A stretch of DNA of 64,000 bases from Dehalococcoidia bacterium (GTDB lineage: Bacteria; Chloroflexota; Dehalococcoidia; Bin125), in the NCBI GenBank assembly GCA_963555985.3, contig OY820591.1:2720001-2784000 (forward strand). Reading direction: 5' to 3'. Position 1 is the stretch's first letter. The number at the start of each line of letters is the position of its first letter. Under the pieces are notes generated by a model. The model made no database searches, was not told the origin of the DNA, and saw only the letters and a list, made by a program, of their open reading frames with translations. Shown here one piece after another: positions 57,172 through 64,000 of this stretch. The position numbers were made by a program, and so were the translations under genes.

Positions 57172-58269
57172 CTAGGCCGCCCATTCGATCCACCAGCCGT
57201 GCGGCGACGACTTCGCCAGCAACTGACGCTCGTACCGACCATCCACGAAGCGCGTGATTGCGAGCTGCGGGTCTTTGGTGTCGGCGATGTCGTCGAGGTA
57301 GAGCTCCAGCGTGACCAGCCAGAGCGGACGCTCGCGGCTGGTGTGTGCGAGTGTCTGCATCAGCCGTTGCCGGCCTTCGGCGGGGAACTGGTAGAGCGCG
57401 ACGGTGGAGTAGACCGTCAGCGCAGCGTCGGCCGGGGTTTCGGCGATCATCTGCGGAAGCAGCTCAACTGCGTCTCCGGCTCGGAGATCGACGGGTGAGG
57501 CCGACAACTCCGCGGCGCTGTCGATTAGACGTTGATGGCGCTCGACGTGTTCGGGCCAGATCAGGGCGCGGAGCCAGCGCAACTCTTCGGGATCGGTGAG
57601 GTCGATCGGATTGAGATCGATCCCGCCCCGGAACCAGACCATGAGCTCATCGGCCAGCGGCGGCAACTCACCCGCGCCGCGCAGTTCCGCCTCTAGCGAC
57701 ACTCGCGCATCCTCGCGGCCCCAGGACGCGGTTTCGTGGCCGCCGCGCAGGTAGCGATAGCGGTAGCGGTCGACGTTGAGGTTGAGTCCGGCGCTGGCGC
57801 CGACGTCGATCAGAGCGAGCGGACGGCCCGACTCGGCCTGCACGATGGAGAAGGTGGGCAGCAGGCAGGTGCAGCGGCGGACTACGTTGGTCTGGGTGCG
57901 ATGGGTGCGGATCAGGTCGATGATCTGCTCGCGGTAGGTGAGGCAGAAGTCGCGGAAGTGGGGGAAGGCGGGCGTCATGGGACGCTCTGCGCCTGCGACG
58001 ATCGGATAGTGGGCCGCGAGTGGGTGCTTCGCGTATTCGCCGCCGCTGAGGAGCAGGTATTGGACGGCGGCGAAGAACATGTTGGGCGCGGGTTGGCGGC
58101 GGCGCTTTTGGGCGGCGATGGCGAGCAACTCGGGATCGAGTGAGACCCCGTAGGCGAGTTCGGCGTACATCGGCGAGGCGAGCCCGGGCGTCTCGATCCG
58201 GGCGAAGCGGTGGAAGACGTCGCGGTAGTGCGCCGCGGTTGGCGCATCGATGCCGTCTCGCTGCGTCAT
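57172..58269 (-). CDS. DUF2332 family protein
   Basis: TQTNVVRR, GASAGLNL, GIDLNP, WPEH, PHGWW. Confidence 0.85.
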   Translation of the reverse strand: MTQRDGIDAPTAAHYRDVFHRFARIETPGLASPMYAELAYGVSLDPELLAIAAQKRRRQPAPNMFFAAVQYLLLSGGEYAKHPLAAHYPIVAGAERPMTPAFPHFRDFCLTYREQIIDLIRTHRTQTNVVRRCTCLLPTFSIVQAESGRPLALIDVGASAGLNLNVDRYRYRYLRGGHETASWGREDARVSLEAELRGAGELPPLADELMVWFRGGIDLNPIDLTDPEELRWLRALIWPEHVERHQRLIDSAAELSASPVDLRAGDAVELLPQMIAETPADAALTVYSTVALYQFPAEGRQRLMQTLAHTSRERPLWLVTLELYLDDIADTKDPQLAITRFVDGRYERQLLAKSSPHGWWIEWAA

Positions 58270-58279
58270 TGCACCAGCG

Positions 58280-59068
58280 CTAACTGCTGAGGAATTCGCC
58301 CAGCTTGGAGAGCACGGCTTCGGGTTCCTCGACCTGGGGCATATGGCCGGAGGCGGAGAACATGGCCAGTTCGCTGCCGGCGATGGCCTTGTTAAAATCT
58401 TCCCCGTACTGCGGGGGAACGAGGCCGTCGGAGGCGCCCCAGACGATCAGAGTCGGGGAGCTGATCCGGTGAATGCGCTCGGAGAGGCGCTTGTCGGGGA
58501 TGGGCCACATGAAGCGGGCGGCGGTCTGGAGCATCTTGGCCCGCTCGACCGTGACGGTGCGCAGCTCGTCGGGGTCGCTCGGGGGCGGTGCGGTCATCAT
58601 CTTCGCGCCCGGGTGCTCCTGGTCGTGGAACAGGGCGGGGACGAGTTCGTGCGGCATCATGGCGAAGAAGTCGGCGACCGGGTAGTCGTCGTTCCAGAGT
58701 CCGACCGGGGCGATCAGGACCAGCTTGGAGACGCGCCCGGGCTGCATCGCGGCGACCTCGGCGGCGAACCAACCGCCCATCGAGTGGCCAACCACGATCA
58801 CGTCGCCGCTGACGCCCACAGCGTCGAGGAAGTCCCAGTAGAAGTAGAAGACGTCGTGGTGGTCCATCAGCCACTCAACCCCGGTCGAGTTGGCGGTACC
58901 GGGCAGCTTGGGCGCGACCACGTGGTAGTGCTGCGAGAGCTGTTCGAGGAACGGGTCCCACATGAGACCGCCGGCACCGTGGATGAAGAGCAGATCGGGT
59001 CCCTCTCCGGCTTCCATGTAGCCGACGTTGAAGCGCCCGTTGACGACCGAGATTGTCTTGTCTTCCAT
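58280..59068 (-). CDS. Alpha/beta hydrolase
   Basis: HGAGG, GHSMGG, GH near the C-terminus. Confidence 0.92.
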   Translation of the reverse strand: MEDKTISVVNGRFNVGYMEAGEGPDLLFIHGAGGLMWDPFLEQLSQHYHVVAPKLPGTANSTGVEWLMDHHDVFYFYWDFLDAVGVSGDVIVVGHSMGGWFAAEVAAMQPGRVSKLVLIAPVGLWNDDYPVADFFAMMPHELVPALFHDQEHPGAKMMTAPPPSDPDELRTVTVERAKMLQTAARFMWPIPDKRLSERIHRISSPTLIVWGASDGLVPPQYGEDFNKAIAGSELAMFSASGHMPQVEEPEAVLSKLGEFLSS

Positions 59069-59156
59069 GACCTCGCCTCACACAAAGCAGACACAGCCTA
59101 ACCGCCGACTCTGAGCGACGGCTCTAGGCAAGGCTATGAGCGCGTTCGCGTCAGTG

Positions 59157-60470
59157 TCAATCAGCGGCGCGGGCGCGAAAGCGCCGCCGCCAGATGATCC
59201 CGCTGAGCACGACCAGGAGACCGAAGGCGAGCGTGCCGAAGGCCGCTCCGGCGGACGAATCGAATTGTCCCAGCACGAGCGTCAGACCGGCTGAGTAGAC
59301 GCCGATCACGCCGAAGGCGAAGGCGAGCCGATGCTCCCAGTAGACGCCCGCGATCAGCAATACGAGCGCCCAGACGAGGCCCAGCGCTCCCCAGCCCGGG
59401 CTGTGCGCGGCCAGGATCGAGGCTCCAGCCACGCCCGCGATCAGCAGCGTCGACTCCCAGGCAGGCGTGAGCCAGTGTCCGGCCAGGCGACCGGTCAGGC
59501 GGGGCCCGGCCAGACCGAGGGCGGTGAGTTCGAGGGCGGTCAGCAGGACGATCACGGTCAGGCCCAGGCGCGCTCCGTGATCGATGTCGGAGAGTCCGCC
59601 GGCAAGCGCGCCGACCAGGAGCAAGGCGGAGGCGGGCAAGAGTTCGGGGCGGGCGTCGCGCAGCGCCCAGCCGGTGATCACCCAGCCCGCGAGCAGGGCC
59701 ATCCAGTCGCTCACGGGGGAGGCGGACGCGCCGGCGAGTCCGAGGATGGCAACGCCCGTTCCCAAGGATGCGCCGAGCCGTCCCCAACGCGCGAGCTGGC
59801 CGTCGAGCCGGGGGCGGCTCAGCGCGTACAAGAGCGCGCCGCCGACCAGCGCGGCTACGGCGAGCGCAGCCCATTGCCGCCAGCCGTCGAGTGAGCCTTC
59901 GCTGCCATAGATGCCCGCTTCGAGTCCGCCTGCTTCGACGGCGAGCGTGAGCGGGATCAGGGCGACTGCGGCCGCGGCCGCGGCGAAGGCCAAGCGCGAG
60001 CGCACGAGCCGGACCAGTCCTGCGCCCGTCAGAGCGACACAGAGGCTGACCAGGAGCCAGCCAATCCAGACGTCGTCTTCGCCGCCGAGCTCGTCCAGCA
60101 GCGCCGCCAGCGCCGCCGCAATCAGCAGGACGGCCGCGCCGGCGCAGGCGTCCGACAGGGCGGCCGCCCCCACACGCTGCGACAGCCAGGCGGACACCGC
60201 TGCGATCACGCCGACCGCAACGCTCAAGGCGGCAAATGCGGCTGCGTCTTCGAGGACAGTTGCGCCCAGCATGTAGACGGCTGCGATCACGATCGAGACG
60301 CCGAGATAGGCGGCGGCGTCCGCTACACGTCCGTGCGCCAAGCTGCTGTTCGAGGCTTGTTCCGCTTCCCAAGCGCGAACGGAGTCCGCCGTCTGTTCGT
60401 CGACCAGGCCGGCGGCGCGCCAGCGCGCGAGGGCTGCGCTCCAGTCGTCACGGCCGAGCCATCCGGACAC
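59157..60470 (-). CDS. DUF2157-like multi-pass membrane protein
   Basis: LARWRAAGLVDEQTA N-terminus, many TMs; GAGGAGG RBS before GTG. Confidence 0.75.
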   Translation of the reverse strand: MSGWLGRDDWSAALARWRAAGLVDEQTADSVRAWEAEQASNSSLAHGRVADAAAYLGVSIVIAAVYMLGATVLEDAAAFAALSVAVGVIAAVSAWLSQRVGAAALSDACAGAAVLLIAAALAALLDELGGEDDVWIGWLLVSLCVALTGAGLVRLVRSRLAFAAAAAAVALIPLTLAVEAGGLEAGIYGSEGSLDGWRQWAALAVAALVGGALLYALSRPRLDGQLARWGRLGASLGTGVAILGLAGASASPVSDWMALLAGWVITGWALRDARPELLPASALLLVGALAGGLSDIDHGARLGLTVIVLLTALELTALGLAGPRLTGRLAGHWLTPAWESTLLIAGVAGASILAAHSPGWGALGLVWALVLLIAGVYWEHRLAFAFGVIGVYSAGLTLVLGQFDSSAGAAFGTLAFGLLVVLSGIIWRRRFRARAAD

Positions 60471-60628
60471 GTCTTGGGCCTCCTCATAAGTCGCGGGGCA
60501 GTGTAAGCAGGGCTGCGGTCTGCTCCGAGCGCTGATTTTGAGCACGGTAGGGACTGGGCGGTCGCGGTTCGCGGCCTGACGGGGGCTGTGAGAAAAAAAC
60601 GAGGGGGTCGCCGCTTGCGGTCGGGGGA

Positions 60629-60985
60629 TTACTGCGGCTCTTCCTCTTCTTCGAGGCTGTCGTCGTCGTCCGGCAGGGGCACGTCTTCGCCGCGTATGAG
60701 GGCGACGGCGATGGCGTGGGGATGGAGGTGGAGTTCTTTCTTCTGCTCGGGAGTGAGCGGAGCTTCGGGCAGGCGGGGGGAGTGGTTGGGTCGGGGTTTG
60801 GGGGTTGGCTCGGGATGGGGTTCGAGGTCGAGCGCGTGGTGGATCTCACGGGTCTTGGCGTTGGAGGGGGAGAGTTCGCGGATGAGGAGGGCGAGCGCTT
60901 TGATGCGGACGTGTCCGGCTTCGTTGGAGTGGGCGATTTGGCCGACGCCGGTCATGCTGGACTGGTAGGTGTGGGTGAAGGGCAT
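60629..60985 (-). CDS. Small hypothetical protein
   Basis: AAAGGA RBS before ATG; Pro-rich linker and acidic tail; no recognisable family. Confidence 0.4.
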   Translation of the reverse strand: MPFTHTYQSSMTGVGQIAHSNEAGHVRIKALALLIRELSPSNAKTREIHHALDLEPHPEPTPKPRPNHSPRLPEAPLTPEQKKELHLHPHAIAVALIRGEDVPLPDDDDSLEEEEEPQ

Positions 60986-61104
60986 GGGGTTGTTCCTTTC
61001 TTGGGGAATGCAGGACTCTTGAGCTTATCTGGATGGATGTTCGGTGTGGTAATGGGAAGTGTGTTGTGGTTGTCGGAAGGCCAATGTGGGTTCTTTGGGG
61101 TTGT

Positions 61105-61284
61105 GGCGTTCTCACCCCCTCTGCCCCTCTGGGGCATCTCCCTCCCCGCCTGCGCGGGGACAGGCTCTCAAGGGGGAGAGGTTTCTTGGAGGAGGTGGGT
61201 TGGGGGTTGGGTGCTGGTCACGGCGAGATACCCGCGACGGAGCGCGGGTATGACGGAGTTATCGGGCGCGGGTATGACGGAGTT
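61105..61284. repeat. REP cluster (family C variant, family A and a half copy)
   Basis: CCCCCTCTG...CATCTCCCTCCCC...AAGGGGGAGAG; GAGATACCCGCGacggaGCGCGGGTATGACGGAGTT. Confidence 0.8.
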
Positions 61285-61337
61285 GGTTGGGGGCGGGGTA
61301 ATGGAACTGGAGTGAGAATGACGGTCTAGCGCGGGGA

Positions 61338-62636
61338 TTAGCGCGGGCGGGTGTGGCCTTGACCTCGGACGACCCACTTGTAGGAGGTGAGTTCTCTCAG
61401 GCCCATGGGGCCTCTGGCGTGAATCTTGCCGGTGGAGATGCCGACTTCGGCGCCGAGGCCGAATTCGCCGCCGTCGGTGAACTGGGTGGAGGCGTTGACG
61501 TAGACGGCGGCGGCGTCGACTTCGCGGAGGAAGCGTTCGGCGAGGCTGGGGTCGTTGGTAAGGATGGCTTCGGAGTGGCCGGAGCCGTGCTCGGCGATGT
61601 GGTTGAGGGCGGTTTCGGCGTCGGGAACGACGCGGACGGCGGCGGTCATCGAGAGGAACTCGGTGTCGAAGTCGTGGTCGCCGGCGGGGACGGCTTGGGC
61701 GGGGCCGTTGGCGAGCAGGGCGAGGGCGCTGTCGTCGGCGCGGAGTTCGACCCCGCCGTCGGCGCGATTTGCGGCTGACCAGCGTTGCGCGAGGCCGGGC
61801 AGGAAGGCTGCGGCGACGCCCTCATGCACGAGCAGCACATCGAGCGCGTTGCAGATCGAGACGCGCCGCGTCTTGGCGTTGTCGACCACATCCAGCGCCA
61901 TATCCAGATCGGCCTCAGCATCGACGTAGGTGTGGCAGATGCCGATCCCGCCGGCGACGACGGGCATTGAGGCTTGGTCGCGGACGCGCTCGATTAATGC
62001 TTTGCCGCCTCTGGGCACCATCAGGTCGATCAGGTCGTTCATCGCCAGCATTTCGCCGACCAGGGCGCGATCAGGGCTGCGCACCAGCTGGGCGGCGTTG
62101 GCGGGCAGACCGGACTCGCTGAGAGCGTCCTGCAAGATTTCGGCCAAGAGGCGGTTCGAGCGGCGCGCCTCGCGGCCGCCGCGCAGGACGCAGGCGTTGC
62201 CGCTCTTGAGGCAGATCGCGCCGATGTCGATGGTGACGTTGGGGCGGCTCTCGTAGACGGAGGCGATCACGCCCAGGGGCACGCGCACGCGCTCGATCCG
62301 CAGGCCACCGCCGGTCACGTGCGAGTCGATGGTCTCGCCCACAGGATCGTCGAGCTCGGCGAGCTGCTCGGTCGCTGCGGCGAGCGCATCTACACGATCG
62401 GGGGTGAGGCGCAAGCGGTCGATCATGGCGTCGCTGAGATGGCCTTCGGCGTCGGCCACGTCTTCGCTGTTGGCGGTCACGATTGTGTCGCAGCGCTCGC
62501 GCAGGAGGCGGGCGGTGGCGAAGAGCACGGCGTCCTTCTGCTCGCGGGTCGCCAGTGCGAGCGCGGGCGCGGCCGCTGCGGCGGCTTCGACCTGGGATCG
62601 GAGTTCGGCGCTGGCGGAGATTTCGATGGTGGTCAT
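61338..62636 (-). CDS. proA: Gamma-glutamyl phosphate reductase
   Basis: YESRPNVT, SICNA, NASTQFTDG, HARGPMGL. Confidence 0.97.
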   Translation of the reverse strand: MTTIEISASAELRSQVEAAAAAAPALALATREQKDAVLFATARLLRERCDTIVTANSEDVADAEGHLSDAMIDRLRLTPDRVDALAAATEQLAELDDPVGETIDSHVTGGGLRIERVRVPLGVIASVYESRPNVTIDIGAICLKSGNACVLRGGREARRSNRLLAEILQDALSESGLPANAAQLVRSPDRALVGEMLAMNDLIDLMVPRGGKALIERVRDQASMPVVAGGIGICHTYVDAEADLDMALDVVDNAKTRRVSICNALDVLLVHEGVAAAFLPGLAQRWSAANRADGGVELRADDSALALLANGPAQAVPAGDHDFDTEFLSMTAAVRVVPDAETALNHIAEHGSGHSEAILTNDPSLAERFLREVDAAAVYVNASTQFTDGGEFGLGAEVGISTGKIHARGPMGLRELTSYKWVVRGQGHTRPR

Positions 62637-62654
62637 TGGTTGTTTCCGATTTCG

Positions 62655-62990
62655 CTAGCGTCTGAGTCCGCGCTTGCGCGGGGGATTGGGCGGATTGCCG
62701 ACACCGATGAAGGCGTATTCGTCGCTGGTCACGCCGAGCCGTTCGATTGCGCCTTCGACCACGTCGATCCGGGTGCTGTCTTCCGCGCCCCTTGCGCGCA
62801 GCAGATAGCCGCCGCCGAAACTGTGCTCAGGGTTGGAGAGGGAGGAGAATTTGCCCCGCCAGCGGCGCTCGCGGACGCCGGCGCTGGTGGTGGTCTCGAT
62901 GTCAACGATCGCAAAGCACTCGGTCAGCTGCTGCCCGCGCAGAGTGAGCAGATCGGCCTTGAATTGGCGGCGGCGGCGCATCGTGCTCAT
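62655..62990 (-). CDS. Hypothetical protein
   Basis: AGGAGAG RBS; co-oriented between the MFS gene and proA. Confidence 0.6.
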   Translation of the reverse strand: MSTMRRRRQFKADLLTLRGQQLTECFAIVDIETTTSAGVRERRWRGKFSSLSNPEHSFGGGYLLRARGAEDSTRIDVVEGAIERLGVTSDEYAFIGVGNPPNPPRKRGLRR

Positions 62991-63015
62991 GGCGCTCTCC
63001 TGGAGCCAGTCTATG

Positions 63016-64000
63016 TCAGCGGCTGCGCTGGGGCGCGAAGGTCGCGGCCACTCGTGGATCGGAGCCGACCAGGCGCCGGATCACGACCGGCCAAAAGACG
63101 GCGGTCAGCAGCATCAGCGCCGCCGCCTCGATCACGACCGCGATCAGGCCGCCCTGGATGCCGAACCAGTCGAAGAGCAGGAATACCTGTAGTCCCGTCA
63201 GTGGGCCGATTCCGATCACCATCGAGAGCACGCCGATCACGCGGCCCCGCATTTCGGGCGGGGTGCGGGTGACGAGGATGGCGGTCTGCATGATCGCAAA
63301 GGCGGAGAAACCGAAGCCCATGCTGAAGGCGACGACGGCGGAGAGCTCATAGACGGGCGAAAGCGCCATGCCGGTCACGCAGAGAATGAACCAGGCCGTG
63401 CCGGCGTAGTAGATCCGGCCCGACTGTCCCCAGCTGGACCAGCCGGCGATGGCCAGCGCGCTGACAAACGATCCGAGGCCGACCAAGGCTTCGAGCACGC
63501 CGATCCGCAGCTTGCTGACGTCTAAGAGTTCTTGTCCGATATCGGGCAGGGCGGCGGCGTAGGCCGGGAAGAGCAGGTTGAAGGCCAGCGTGACGAGCAG
63601 GGTGCCGACCAGCAGATTGTTGCCGCGGATGTAGCGCAGTCCGGCGGAGATGTCGACCATGATCTCGCGTGCGACCTGACCCCAGCCTTGCGCGGCCGCG
63701 CCGGAGTGGACGGGCTGGCGATAGGAGAGCGTGGAGGCGATCAGAGCGACGATGATGAAGACGATTGCGGTGAAGAGGTAGGCCCACTCTGCGCCCAACT
63801 CCTGGAGCAGTCCCGCGCCAATCAGCGGGCCGGGGATGCGCACGACCGAGTCGGTGCTCCAGTCGAGGCCGACCGCGCGTCCGACCTGGTGGGGCTGGAC
63901 GACGTCGGCGATCATCGCGCGGCGGGTAGGGAACTCGACCGACCAGACGATTCCGGTGATGAAGACGAAGATCAGCAGTTGCCAGAACTGGATGTCGGTG
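63016..64000 (-). CDS. MFS transporter (partial, 5' end outside window)
   Basis: PTRRAMIADVV, GPLIGA, TPPEMRGRV. Confidence 0.88.
   Translation of the reverse strand, partial: TDIQFWQLLIFVFITGIVWSVEFPTRRAMIADVVQPHQVGRAVGLDWSTDSVVRIPGPLIGAGLLQELGAEWAYLFTAIVFIIVALIASTLSYRQPVHSGAAAQGWGQVAREIMVDISAGLRYIRGNNLLVGTLLVTLAFNLLFPAYAAALPDIGQELLDVSKLRIGVLEALVGLGSFVSALAIAGWSSWGQSGRIYYAGTAWFILCVTGMALSPVYELSAVVAFSMGFGFSAFAIMQTAILVTRTPPEMRGRVIGVLSMVIGIGPLTGLQVFLLFDWFGIQGGLIAVVIEAAALMLLTAVFWPVVIRRLVGSDPRVAATFAPQRSR

Noticed and set aside
55388-57176. DGR template/variable repeat pair in the MTase 3' ends
   Set aside because: Differences are not adenine-specific, both copies are coding, and no reverse transcriptase is present.

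Overview
High-GC (roughly two-thirds G+C) bacterial chromosome segment. Gene content (N-terminally extended GreA, A2-type caa3 oxidase, LLM/VOC/Uma2/PaREP1/DUF1640 genes) suggests Chloroflexota/Dehalococcoidia; this taxonomy is inference. The backbone carries two LysM proteins (one with 8 LysM + M23), nadE, an ABC-2 exporter, a complete cytochrome caa3 oxidase operon with assembly genes, citrate synthase, greA, rsmG, a CoA-transferase, a two-component system, an aquaporin, YyaL, beta-oxidation enzymes and proA. No integrase, transposase, CRISPR array, tRNA or rRNA was recognised. The most unusual signals are: (i) three single-chain beta-class DNA methyltransferase-HNH fusions with conserved ends and variable central target-recognition regions; (ii) repeated tandem stacking of diverged paralogs (5 MFS, 2 DUF1640, 2 TA modules, 2 VOC, 2 MTase-HNH), where several junctions keep a copy of the neighbouring gene's 3' end; (iii) an unrecognised ~160-aa acidic antitoxin-like family paired with RelE/ParE-like toxins; (iv) several intergenic repeat families, including a 144-bp TIR-bounded REP doublet and 10-bp-periodic arrays that sit in zones of strand-specific C depletion; (v) unusual domain additions in the oxidase operon.
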